Origin: an uncultured delta proteobacterium
GTDB taxonomy: Bacteria; Myxococcota; Myxococcia; Myxococcales; Anaeromyxobacteraceae
DNA length: 64,000 nt
Assembly (NCBI GenBank): GCA_963845515.1
Contig: CAWJSR010000003.1
Location: forward strand, 126,022-190,021
Direction: 5' to 3'
Shown here: piece after piece, positions 47,979 through 57,175 of the stretch
Layout of the letters: every line of letters starts with the position of its first letter
How positions within the stretch are numbered: the first letter of the stretch is position 1
Made by a program: the position numbers and the translations under genes
Notes under the pieces: generated by a model
The model's database searches: none
Seen by the model: the letters and a program-made list of their open reading frames with translations, nothing else
What the model was told of the DNA's origin: nothing

Positions 47979-49073
47979 TCAGGCCAAACGGGGGCCGCCG
48001 TCGAACCGCTCCAGCTCGACGCCGCAGTCGTCGCAGCGCGCGAAGCCGTCGCGCCACTGAACGCGGCAGAGCGGGCACCACGCGGCCGAGCCGGCGTAGC
48101 GGGGCGGCGGCGCCAGCGCGGCCGCGCGCGAGAGCCCTGCCCCGGCGAGGAGCCGCTCGATGAGCCCGATCCGCTCCGCCCACGCGGCGGCGAGGCCGGG
48201 CCGGGTCGCCGCGCGCGAGAGCTCTGCGCGGCGCAGCTCCCGGCCGGCGAGCGGCGCGAAGTCCTCCGGGGGGAGGAGGGCCGCGGCGACGGCGAGCGGG
48301 TGGAAGCGACCGTAGAGCGGGCGCGACGCGTGCCAGAGCGGGTGGATGGCGGCCACGGGGAAGGTGAGCAGGTGGAGCGCCGAGGCCGCGCTCGCAGCGC
48401 GCGGCTCGCCGCAGGCTCGCCACATCGCGTAGGCGAGCCCGGCGACCACCAGGAGGAGCGCTGCCACCGCCGCGAGCAGCGCGCCGGCGAGCCCAGCGAG
48501 CCCCGGGGGGCCGTAGGCGACGAGCGGCCAGGCGGCGCCGGTCGCGAGCGCCAGCAGGCACGCCGCGACGCGGAGCGCCGCGGCCCACGGTCCCTGCGCG
48601 GCACGAAGGGAGCGGATCGGCACCAGGTCCGCCTCGCCGCGCGACGGCGCAGGGGACGCGGCTCCAGCCGAGAGCGCGCCGATCCGCGCTCGCGCGAGCT
48701 CGGCCTGCCCCGGCGTGGGCGCGACGAGGAGGAGGCGGCCGCCCGCGGAGACCTTGCGCCCTTCGCGGGTCAGCGGCCCCAGGGACGCGAGCGGCATGGC
48801 CTGCAGGTCGAGCTCCTCCACCACGGCGGGATCGGCCTTGCTCCTCGGATCGAAGATCAGGAGCGCGTCGCCGGCGACCAGGAACGGGAGGTCGTGCAGG
48901 GCGATCCCCTCGGCGAGCGGCGAGAGCCCGCGCAGGTGGAGCCCCGCTCCGACCGCGGCGAAGCGGAGCCCCGAGGACGCCAGCAGCAGGTGGCCGCGCT
49001 GGAGCTGCGCGAGCCCGTCGACGAGGTAGAAGGCGATCAGCCAGGGCCAGAGATCGACGAGCAGCGCGTGCAT
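47979..49073 (-). CDS. hypothetical membrane protein with C-terminal zinc-ribbon
   Basis: Hydrophobic helices; WCPLC...CDDCG. Confidence 0.62.
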   Translation of the reverse strand: MHALLVDLWPWLIAFYLVDGLAQLQRGHLLLASSGLRFAAVGAGLHLRGLSPLAEGIALHDLPFLVAGDALLIFDPRSKADPAVVEELDLQAMPLASLGPLTREGRKVSAGGRLLLVAPTPGQAELARARIGALSAGAASPAPSRGEADLVPIRSLRAAQGPWAAALRVAACLLALATGAAWPLVAYGPPGLAGLAGALLAAVAALLLVVAGLAYAMWRACGEPRAASAASALHLLTFPVAAIHPLWHASRPLYGRFHPLAVAAALLPPEDFAPLAGRELRRAELSRAATRPGLAAAWAERIGLIERLLAGAGLSRAAALAPPPRYAGSAAWCPLCRVQWRDGFARCDDCGVELERFDGGPRLA

Positions 49074-49085
49074 CTGGCGTGCGAG

Positions 49086-50006
49086 CTACCCCTGGGGCGG
49101 CTGCGGCGCGTCCGGCCGCGAGGCGACCGGCGCGTCCCGCTTCCCGCGCAGCGCATTGAACGCCTTGCCGATGACGCCGAAGAAGCCGATCACCGCGACG
49201 ACGATGAGCTTGCCGCCCTTGGCGAGGATCTTCCAGAGCGCCGCCAGGAGACCGGTCTTCACCGCGGCGGCGCCGGCGCCGGCGGCGACCAGCGCCGTGA
49301 GGCCGTACTCGGCCACCTTGTCCCCCGGGCGCCACTCCGCGTACGTCTTGCCCGGCTTGTAGGCGAAGGCCGCGAGCACCGCGTCCACCGCCGGCTTCGC
49401 CGCCGCGAACTTCTCGGCGTCGTCGATCAGCTTCAGCTCCATCACTCCGGCCCGTCCGAGGACGCGGACGTTGTAGTTGACGATCTCCTGGCCCCCCTCG
49501 TTCCTCCCGCGGATCGCCCAGGTGAGGTTGTGGCTCACGGGATCGTAGTGCGGCGCCTCGGCCCAGCCGACCACGTCGACCGTGGACATCCCCCGCTTCT
49601 TCCGCTCCTCGTTGGCGGCCTTCGTCCCCTCCTTGATCGACTCGAGGATCGCGTCGGCGTCGATGGACCCGGCCTCGTCGTCCTTGACGAAGCCGATGCC
49701 GTCGAAGCGGAAGACGATGAACCAGTCCTCTTCCTCGGCCTTGGGGATGATCAGGCCGAGCTCGGAGCCCTGGGGGACGTTCCCCATCAGCTCGAGCAGC
49801 TTCTTCGCGTCGGCGGGGCCCGCGAAGGCGAGCGACTCCGGCAGCTTCACCTCGGCGATCTCCGAGCCGAGCTCCACGGTCGTCGGACCGGCGACCCACG
49901 CGATCCTGGGGGGCTCGGGGGGGGCATCCTCTGCGGCGGCGGCAGGGTGCGGCCCGAGCCAGAGCGCAGCGGCGATCATGGCCGAAGCCAGGTGACGATG
50001 AGTCAT
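49086..50006 (-). CDS. DUF2167 family membrane-anchored protein
   Basis: GFVKDDEA, GWAEAPHYD, NYNVRVLGRAG, GDKVAEYGLTALVAAG. Confidence 0.85.
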   Translation of the reverse strand: MTHRHLASAMIAAALWLGPHPAAAAEDAPPEPPRIAWVAGPTTVELGSEIAEVKLPESLAFAGPADAKKLLELMGNVPQGSELGLIIPKAEEEDWFIVFRFDGIGFVKDDEAGSIDADAILESIKEGTKAANEERKKRGMSTVDVVGWAEAPHYDPVSHNLTWAIRGRNEGGQEIVNYNVRVLGRAGVMELKLIDDAEKFAAAKPAVDAVLAAFAYKPGKTYAEWRPGDKVAEYGLTALVAAGAGAAAVKTGLLAALWKILAKGGKLIVVAVIGFFGVIGKAFNALRGKRDAPVASRPDAPQPPQG

Positions 50007-50076
50007 CGGATTCTCCCCCAGGGCGGCGTGAGTGCGCGCGGATTCCTTATGCATGGGCGCGCGCGGCTCGACAAGG

Positions 50077-50145
50077 TGTGCGATCGCCCACACCGTGCGA
50101 TCGGCCACACCGACGGTCACCTACGCCGACGGTCACCCGCACGAC
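50077..50145. promoter_or_regulatory. tandem CRP/FNR-like boxes and short direct repeats upstream of DUF2167
   Basis: GTGCGATCG(C/G)CCACACC x2 (50078-50111), first box TGTGC-N6-CCACA; CCGACGGTCACC x2 (50110, 50126). Confidence 0.5.
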
Positions 50146-50148
50146 TCG

Positions 50149-51588
50149 TCAACCCTTTATGACCCCCATCGGCTCGAGCCGGGCGACGAGGCGCGAGAGG
50201 CCGGCACCGGCCATGACGTTCACGACCTGCGCCACGTCCTTGTAGGCCTCGCTCATCTCCTCGGCGAGCGTCCCCCTGCCGCGCGCCATGATCTCGATCC
50301 CCTTCGCCTGCAGCTCCCTGGCGATCGAGCGCCCCTTGGCGCGGCGCAGCGCCTCGCCGCGGGAGAGGAGCCGGCCCGCGCCGTGGCAGGAGCTGCCGAA
50401 GGTGTCGGTCATCGCCTTCGCCGTGCCGGCCAGGACGTAGGAGTAGCGCCCCATGTCGCCGGGGATCAGGACCGGCTGGCCGACGCCGCGGTACGGCTCC
50501 GGGACGCGGGGGTCGCCCGGGCCGAAGGCGCGCGTCGCCCCCTTGCGGTGGACGAGGACCAGCCGCTGCCGGCCGTCGACCTCGTGCTCCTCGAACTTCG
50601 CCACGTTGTGACAGACGTCGTAGAGGAGCCGGGCGCCGAGCTCGCGCTCGGAGAGGGAGAGCGCGTGGAGCAGCGCGCGGACGGCGAGCCCGGCCATCAC
50701 CTGCCTGTTGGCCCAGGCGAAGTTGGCGGCTGCGGCCATCGCGGCGAGGTAGCGCCGGCCTGCGTCGCTCCCGATCGGCGCGCAGGCGAGCTGTCGGTCC
50801 GGGAGGTTCGCGTAGTCGGGGCCGAACTGCCCGAGGCGCGGCGCCAGCTCGGCGAGGAAGTCGTCGCAGACCTGGTAGCCGAGGCCGCGCGACCCGGAGT
50901 GGATCTGGATCGCCACCGCCCCCTCGCGCAGGCCGAACGCCTCGGCCGCCTCGACGTCGTAGACCTCGGCGACGCGGTCCAGCTCGACGAAGTGGTTCCC
51001 GCTCCCGAGCGTGCCCAGCTGATCCTCGCCACGCTGGCGCGCCAGGTCCGAGAGGGCGCCGGGATCGGCGCCCCGCAGCGAGCCACCCTCCTCGCAGTGC
51101 TCCGCGTCGTCGGAGGCGGCGCGGAAGCCGCGCTCGACGGCCCAGCGCGCCCCCTCGGTCATCACGTCGCCCAGCTCCCGGGCCGTGAGGCGCGGGATGG
51201 CGTGGCTGGAGCCGACGCCAACCGGGATGTCGCGGTAGAGCCGCGCGACCGCCTCGTGGAGCAGCGGGCGCAGGTCGCTCGCGTCGAGGAGGGTGGTCAC
51301 CACCCTGACGCCGCAGTTGATGTCGTAGCCCACGCCGCCCGGCGAGACCGCGCCCTCGTCGGCGTCCATCGCCGCCACGCCGCCGATGGGGAAGCCGTAG
51401 CCCCAGTGGTAGTCGGGCATGGCGAGCGAGAAGCGGAGGATCCCCGGAAGGTGGGCCATGTTGGCCACCTGCCCGAGCGCGGCGTCGTCGGGCGCCGGCG
51501 GCCCCGGGCTGTAGACGCGGCCGGGGACCCTCATCCGCCCCTCGCGCGGGATCTCCCAGAGGTCGCCCTCGATATGTCGCAGCTTCAT
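50149..51588 (-). CDS. rtcB: RNA ligase RtcB
   Basis: MPDYHWGYGFPIG, GYDINCG, GSGNHF, HSGSRG, HNVAK, HRKGATR, HGAGR, AYKDV. Confidence 0.95.
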   Translation of the reverse strand: MKLRHIEGDLWEIPREGRMRVPGRVYSPGPPAPDDAALGQVANMAHLPGILRFSLAMPDYHWGYGFPIGGVAAMDADEGAVSPGGVGYDINCGVRVVTTLLDASDLRPLLHEAVARLYRDIPVGVGSSHAIPRLTARELGDVMTEGARWAVERGFRAASDDAEHCEEGGSLRGADPGALSDLARQRGEDQLGTLGSGNHFVELDRVAEVYDVEAAEAFGLREGAVAIQIHSGSRGLGYQVCDDFLAELAPRLGQFGPDYANLPDRQLACAPIGSDAGRRYLAAMAAAANFAWANRQVMAGLAVRALLHALSLSERELGARLLYDVCHNVAKFEEHEVDGRQRLVLVHRKGATRAFGPGDPRVPEPYRGVGQPVLIPGDMGRYSYVLAGTAKAMTDTFGSSCHGAGRLLSRGEALRRAKGRSIARELQAKGIEIMARGRGTLAEEMSEAYKDVAQVVNVMAGAGLSRLVARLEPMGVIKG

Positions 51589-51609
51589 CGCACCGCGCCA
51601 GGCGCGACC

Positions 51610-52026
51610 TCAGTGCAGCGTCGCGCCGATCACTTCCTCGACAGCCAGCAGGATAGGACCGATCAGCCCCAGGAACACGCCGCGCAGGCACTGCCGCCCG
51701 TGGGCGAGGGTCGGGTAGTCCCTGCAGATGTCGGGCTTCACGTCGTGGATGGCGCAGGCCTGGGTCTCCGGCCCGGTCCTGCGGAGGAAGGGGCAGCGGT
51801 CTTCCAGCGTCCCCGTGTCCGGGTTGATCCAGATCCAGCCGATGCTGCTGACGCGGCGGAGGAGGTCCTCCCGTCCCAGCTCGCGCCACCGCTCCAGGTC
51901 GCGCTGCGAGGCCTGCAGGTGCCCCCCGAAGGACTCGCAGCACTGTCCGCAGCAGAGACACACCCGCTGGGGCTGCGCCTCCGGCAGCGCGTTCTCGCGC
52001 AGCCAACTCGACATCATGAGCATCAT
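51610..52026 (-). CDS. YkgJ-family (CxxCxxCC) cysteine-cluster protein
   Basis: CLCCGQCC, CPFL, CAIHDVKPDICRDYP. Confidence 0.85.
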   Translation of the reverse strand: MMLMMSSWLRENALPEAQPQRVCLCCGQCCESFGGHLQASQRDLERWRELGREDLLRRVSSIGWIWINPDTGTLEDRCPFLRRTGPETQACAIHDVKPDICRDYPTLAHGRQCLRGVFLGLIGPILLAVEEVIGATLH

Positions 52027-52176
52027 CCACCTCGCCAGGAACGAGGGGGCGAAGGCCCCGGTGCGTCGCCTCGAATCGTCGAGATCCTACCGGGATGTTG
52101 CCAAATCGGGAGGTGGGATGGGAAGGGGGTGCCGGCATGGAGCGCCGGTCCGTCGCGGGGTAGCCTGCCCTCGCGC

Positions 52177-53427
52177 ATGCGCTTCCCCGACTCCCTCCGC
52201 TCCCTCCGGAACCCGAACCTCCGGCTCTTCTTCGCCGGGCAGGCCATCTCCCTCGCCGGGACCTGGGCGCAGTCGGTGGCGCAGGGCTGGCTCGTCTGGC
52301 GGCTCACCGGCTCGAAGGAGATGCTGGGGCTCGTCGGCTTCCTCTCGCAGGTGCCGACCACCTTCCTCGGCGTCTACGCCGGATCGCTCGCCGACCGCTT
52401 CCCGCGGCGCAGGCTCGTCCTGACGACGCAGGTCAACGCGGTGATCCAGGCGACGCTGCTCGCGGCCGTGACGTTGACCGGCGTCGTGCGCCCCTGGCAC
52501 GTGCTGGTGCTCGCGGCGATGCTCGGCCTGACGCAGGCGTTCGAGATCCCGGCGCGCCAGGCGCTCCTCGCCGACGTGGCCGGCGAGGACATGACCAACG
52601 CGATCGCGCTCAACTCCTCCATCGTGAACGCCTCGCGGGCGGTCGGGCCGGCCATCGCCGGCTGGCTGGTCGCCACGGTCGGCGAGGGGGTCTGCTTCGC
52701 CTTCAACGCGCTCTCGTTCAGCGGGACCCTCTACGCGCTCTGGGTGATGAAGGTGCCCCGGCGCCCGCCGCCCCCCCAGGAGCAGGGGCGCCGCGCCCAC
52801 CTCGCCGAGGGGATCGTCTGGGCGTGGCGGGCCAGGCACGTCCGCGCGATGCTCGCGCTCGTCGCCGTCTCGGCGCTCCTCGCGCTCCCCTACACGATCC
52901 TCCTCCCGGCGCTCGCGGCGGAGGTGCTGCACGGCGGCCCGGGGCTCTTCGGCCTCCTGCAGGCGCTCGCCGGCGTGGGCGCCTTCGTCGGCGCCGCGTC
53001 GCTCCTCGGACGGCGCGGGCTCGAGGGGCTCGCGCGCCGGGTCGGGATCGGCGCGACCTCCCTGGGCGCGGCCGTGGTGCTGCTCGGGATCTCCCGGAGC
53101 CCGGTGATCTCCGGCGTCGCGATGGTCCTCGCCGGGGCCGGCATGATCAGCCAGATGGCGGGGACGATGACGCTCCTGCAGGGGCTCGCGGGCCAGGAGT
53201 TGCGGGGGCGGCTGATCGGGATCTTCTCGACGCTCTTCATCGGTGTCGGACCGTTCGGCGCGCTCGCCGCCGGGTGGACCGCCCACCGGATCGGCGTGCC
53301 GGCGACGCTCGTCATCGGCGGCTCGGTGGCGGTCGCCGCCAGCGTCGCCTACCACCTCGCGCTGCCGCGGCTGCGCGAGGCGCTGCGGGACGCCCACCCC
53401 GAGGTGCCGGATGCGGGCTTTCCCTGA
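52177..53427 (+). CDS. MFS transporter
   Basis: FFAGQAISLAGTWAQ, GSLADRFPRRRL, about 12 TM. Confidence 0.88.
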   Translation: MRFPDSLRSLRNPNLRLFFAGQAISLAGTWAQSVAQGWLVWRLTGSKEMLGLVGFLSQVPTTFLGVYAGSLADRFPRRRLVLTTQVNAVIQATLLAAVTLTGVVRPWHVLVLAAMLGLTQAFEIPARQALLADVAGEDMTNAIALNSSIVNASRAVGPAIAGWLVATVGEGVCFAFNALSFSGTLYALWVMKVPRRPPPPQEQGRRAHLAEGIVWAWRARHVRAMLALVAVSALLALPYTILLPALAAEVLHGGPGLFGLLQALAGVGAFVGAASLLGRRGLEGLARRVGIGATSLGAAVVLLGISRSPVISGVAMVLAGAGMISQMAGTMTLLQGLAGQELRGRLIGIFSTLFIGVGPFGALAAGWTAHRIGVPATLVIGGSVAVAASVAYHLALPRLREALRDAHPEVPDAGFP

Positions 53428-53452
53428 CCGGCTTCGAGTAGGCTCTGCCCGG

Positions 53453-54850
53453 ATGTCACCAGCCGCCAGCCGCTCGCCATGGATCGCCTTCTCCGCCGTC
53501 TCCATCGGGACGTTCATGTCCACGCTCGACGGGAGCATCGTCAACGTGGCCCTGCCCACGCTGGGGCTCGAGCTGGGCGCGCCCATCGATCGGCTGGAGT
53601 GGATCGTCGCGGCCTACCTGCTGACGCTCAGCGCGACCCTGCTCGTCGCCGGGCGGCTCGGGGACCTCTTCGGGCACCGGGCGGTCTATGCCGTCGGGCT
53701 CGTGCTCTTCACGATCGGGTCGGGGCTCTGCGGGGCGGCGCCGTCACTCCCCTTCCTCGTCGCGGCGAGGGCGCTCCAGGCGCTCGGCGCGAGCCTCATG
53801 ATGGCGGTCGGCCCCGCCGTCATCACGGCGGTCTTCCCGCCCGAGATGCGCGGCCGCGCGCTCGGGGCGATCGGGAGCGTCGTCTCGATCGGACTCACCA
53901 TCGGCCCGCCGCTGGGCGGCGTCATCATCCAGGCGCTCTCCTGGCGCTGGATCTTCCTGGTGAACCTCCCGGTCGGCTTGCTCGGGACGCTCTGGGCGCT
54001 CCGCGTCCTCCCCGCCCCGCAGCGGGGGAGGGGCGCGCGCTTCGACGGGCTCGGCGGGATCCTCCTGGGCGCCGCGCTCGGACTCGGGATCTACACGCTC
54101 GACACGCTCCCCGATCGCGCCGTCAGGTCGCTCCCACTGGGGCTCCTCGCCGGGCTCGCGGCGATAATGCTCGCGGTGCGGCTGCGCCGCGCGCCCGAGC
54201 CGATCCTCGACGCCGCGATCCTCCGCGTGCCCGGGGTGGGGAGCGGGCTGCTCGCCGGCCTCCTGTCCTACGCGGCGATGTTCACCTCGACGCTCCTGAC
54301 GCCGTTCCTGCTGACGCGCGTCTTCAGGCTCCCGCCGGGCGGCGTCGGCGCGTTCCTCGTGGCGGTTCCGGTCGCCATGGCCGTGGCCGCCCCGTTCTCC
54401 GGCTGGCTCGCGGATCGCTTCGGCGGCCGGGCCCTTCCGGCCGTCGGGATGGCCTGCCTCGCGGCGGCGCTCTACGGTCTCTCGCTCGCCGGGCCGGGCA
54501 GCGGGCTCCCCTCGGTCGCCGCGCGGCTGGCCCTCTGCGGCGTGGGGATGGGACTCTTCCAGTCCCCCAACAGCAGCGCCGTAATGGGAGCGATCCCGCG
54601 GCCCAAGCTCGGCGCCGGCGGCGGGCTGCTCGCGACCGCGCGCAACGTGGGCATGGCGATCGGGGTCGCGGTCGCCGGGAGCCTCTTCGCCATGCGCGCG
54701 GCCGACGGCACCGACCCGGCCACCTTCATGCTCGGGTACTCGCTGGCGCTTCGCGTGGGCGCCGCGGTGGCGATCGCGGCGGGGCTCCTCTCGCTCTTCG
54801 CGCGCAACGCCAGCGCCGGGCGGGTCGTCGCCGGAGTCGGACGGCCTTGA
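53453..54850 (+). CDS. MFS drug efflux transporter (DHA2, EmrB/QacA-like)
   Basis: LDGSIVNVALP, GRLGDLFG, GPPLGG, WRWIFLVNLPVG. Confidence 0.88.
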   Translation: MSPAASRSPWIAFSAVSIGTFMSTLDGSIVNVALPTLGLELGAPIDRLEWIVAAYLLTLSATLLVAGRLGDLFGHRAVYAVGLVLFTIGSGLCGAAPSLPFLVAARALQALGASLMMAVGPAVITAVFPPEMRGRALGAIGSVVSIGLTIGPPLGGVIIQALSWRWIFLVNLPVGLLGTLWALRVLPAPQRGRGARFDGLGGILLGAALGLGIYTLDTLPDRAVRSLPLGLLAGLAAIMLAVRLRRAPEPILDAAILRVPGVGSGLLAGLLSYAAMFTSTLLTPFLLTRVFRLPPGGVGAFLVAVPVAMAVAAPFSGWLADRFGGRALPAVGMACLAAALYGLSLAGPGSGLPSVAARLALCGVGMGLFQSPNSSAVMGAIPRPKLGAGGGLLATARNVGMAIGVAVAGSLFAMRAADGTDPATFMLGYSLALRVGAAVAIAAGLLSLFARNASAGRVVAGVGRP

Positions 54851-54886
54851 CTGGACACCGGTTCAGCGCCTGTTACGATGCCCCGG

Positions 54887-55432
54887 ATGATCGTCCTCGG
54901 CATCGACCCCGGCTCCCACCACTGCGGCTACGGCGTCGTGGCGCGTGAGGGCACGCGGCTGCTCGTCGTCGAGTCGGGGGTGATCGAGCCGGGCGACCTG
55001 CCGCTTGCAGCCAGGCTCTCGGTGATCCTCTGCCAGCTGGAGGCGGTCGTGGCGCGCACCCGCCCCGTCGAGGCGGCGGTGGAGCAGGTCCACTCGGGGC
55101 CCTCCCCGCGCTCGGCGCTCGTCCTCGGACAGGCGCGCGGCGTGGCGCTGGCCGCGGCGGCGAGGGCTGGCCTGCCGGTCTTCGAGTACCAGCCGTCCGA
55201 GGTGAAGCTCTCCTTCACGGGCAGCGGCCGCGCCGGCAAGGAGCAGATGGTCCGGACGGCCCGCCAGCTCCTGGGCGTGGAGGCCGAGCTCTCCGACGAG
55301 GCCGACGCCCTGGCTGTCGCCGTCTGCCACCTGGCGCGGCGCGTCGCCAGGATCGCCGCGGACCCCAGGCGCGCCGCGGACGCGCTGGCGCGGATGCGCC
55401 CGGCGCGGCGCGACCATCGGAGGGACACGTGA
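54887..55432 (+). CDS. ruvC: Holliday junction resolvase
   Basis: [34 protein letters not shown]. Confidence 0.93.
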   Translation: MIVLGIDPGSHHCGYGVVAREGTRLLVVESGVIEPGDLPLAARLSVILCQLEAVVARTRPVEAAVEQVHSGPSPRSALVLGQARGVALAAAARAGLPVFEYQPSEVKLSFTGSGRAGKEQMVRTARQLLGVEAELSDEADALAVAVCHLARRVARIAADPRRAADALARMRPARRDHRRDT

Positions 55433-56022
55433 TCGCCCGCCTCACCGGCGTCCTGGAGGAGAAGCGGGAGGCGGCCGCGGTCATCGACGTGAACGGCGTC
55501 GGCTACCTGGTCCACCTCTCGGCCGCCTCGCTCGCCGCGCTGCCGCCGCGGGGCGAGCGTGCGACGCTGCGGATCCACACGCACGTGCGCGAGGACTCGC
55601 TCGACCTCTTCGGCTTCGCCACCGAGGAGGAGCAGGAGGTCTTCCGTGCCCTCGTCGGCGTGAAGGGGGTCGGCCCGCGTGCCGCGCAGAACATCCTCTC
55701 CGGCATCGAGGCGAAGGAGCTGGCGCAGGCGGTCGCCCACGGCGACGTCGCGCGGCTCACGCGGGTGCCCGGCGTGGGGAAGAAGACGGCCGAGCGGCTC
55801 GTCGTCGAGCTGAAGGACCAACTCCTGGCGCTGGCCCGCGCCGCCGGCCCCGCGAAGGGGAAGGCCGCCGGCGGGATCCTCGATCAGCTCGCGCAGGCTC
55901 TGGTCGGCCTCGGCTACAAGCCGGCGCAGGCGGAGGAGGCCGCGCAGGCGCTGCGTGACGCCGTCGAGGGGAAGACGCTCGACGAGCTGCTGCGCGAGGC
56001 GTTGAAGCGGATGAGGGGGTAG
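55429..56022 (+). CDS. ruvA: Holliday junction branch migration protein
   Basis: [37 protein letters not shown]. Confidence 0.95.
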   Translation: MIARLTGVLEEKREAAAVIDVNGVGYLVHLSAASLAALPPRGERATLRIHTHVREDSLDLFGFATEEEQEVFRALVGVKGVGPRAAQNILSGIEAKELAQAVAHGDVARLTRVPGVGKKTAERLVVELKDQLLALARAAGPAKGKAAGGILDQLAQALVGLGYKPAQAEEAAQALRDAVEGKTLDELLREALKRMRG

Positions 56023-56023
56023 C

Positions 56024-57175
56024 GTGAAGGTCGCTGCTGCCGTCATCGCCCCCATGCTGCTCGCTGCATGCGCGACCGCCCGGCCCGCCGCGGTGGTCCC
56101 GCCGCTCGCCGAGCGCCGGGGCGTGGTCTCGGGCCCCGGCGCGGTGGCGTGGTCGCCGGACGGTACGACGCTCGCGGTGGTGCAGCGCGACGGCCTCGCG
56201 CTGGTCGACCTTCGCGGCACCGAGCGCAGGCTCTCGGGACCGGGGGTCATCGCGGTCGACTGGTCGCCCGCGGACTCGCTGCTCGTCGTGGAGCGCACCC
56301 CGCAGGGCGGTCGCGAGGTGGTGGCGATCGAGCCGCGCACGGGCGAGCGCCGCCAGCTCCACTCCGACCCGTCCCTCGTCGCCGCGAGGTGGCTCCACGA
56401 GGGGCGGGGATGGCTGGCGGTCGCGGCGACGATGGAGGTCCGATCCTACGGCACGGAAGCGACCCAGACGCTGACGATCGCCGCCGGGCGTGATCCCGTC
56501 GAGGCGCACCGCTGGTCCGCCGTGCTGCCGATCCGGGCTCCCGCCGCCGATCTGGCGCTCGGCTGGGCGGCTGCACGCCCCAGCCCCTTCGACCACTCGA
56601 TCCTCCTGCCGGAGTATCGAAAGCCGCCGCTCCGCGACCCGTACCTGCTGCTGCTGGCGATCGACCCATTCGACCCCGTGCCGGAGGTGGTGGCGCGAGT
56701 CGAGCCCGTCCGCCTGGACGCGACGGTGACCTGGTCAGGCGACGGGGTGCGAGGCGCCGTCGCGGCCCTCGACGGCACCTTGCGGATCGTCGAGCGTGGC
56801 CAGGTGGCGGTGGCCTCCGGTCCGGTCCAGGGGCTCCATCCGAGCTGGAGTCCGAACGGCGACCTCCTGTTCCTCGGAGGTTGGCTGGCGACCCCCTCCG
56901 CAGGGCCGGTCAGGCAGCTCGTCGATCGCGCCGCCGACGCAACGGGCTTCTGGTCCCCTGCCGGCGATCGGCTCGCGGTCGTCGTGGGCGGTCGGCTCTT
57001 CGTCTTCGGCGACCTCCCTGTGCCGCCGCCGGACGTCGAGGCGTCGCGCCGGCTGGCGTCGGCGCGCGCGGCCGCGTGGGAGCTCGGATCCCTGCGGTCG
57101 AGCGGGCTCCTGGCGCCGGTAGTCTATCGAGAGCGGCGCGATCACCTGCGCGAGAGCGCAACGGAGAAGCCATGA
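56024..57175 (+). CDS. TolB/WD40-like beta-propeller lipoprotein with SHOCT-like tail
   Basis: Lipobox LLAAC; WSPDG, WSPAD, WSGDG, WSPNG, WSPAG repeats; C-terminal ELGSLRSSGLL..VYRERRDHL. Confidence 0.68.
   Translation: MKVAAAVIAPMLLAACATARPAAVVPPLAERRGVVSGPGAVAWSPDGTTLAVVQRDGLALVDLRGTERRLSGPGVIAVDWSPADSLLVVERTPQGGREVVAIEPRTGERRQLHSDPSLVAARWLHEGRGWLAVAATMEVRSYGTEATQTLTIAAGRDPVEAHRWSAVLPIRAPAADLALGWAAARPSPFDHSILLPEYRKPPLRDPYLLLLAIDPFDPVPEVVARVEPVRLDATVTWSGDGVRGAVAALDGTLRIVERGQVAVASGPVQGLHPSWSPNGDLLFLGGWLATPSAGPVRQLVDRAADATGFWSPAGDRLAVVVGGRLFVFGDLPVPPPDVEASRRLASARAAAWELGSLRSSGLLAPVVYRERRDHLRESATEKP

Noticed and set aside
50078..50145. Mini CRISPR array
   Set aside because: Repeats are 12-17 bp, abut without unique spacers, and no cas genes are present
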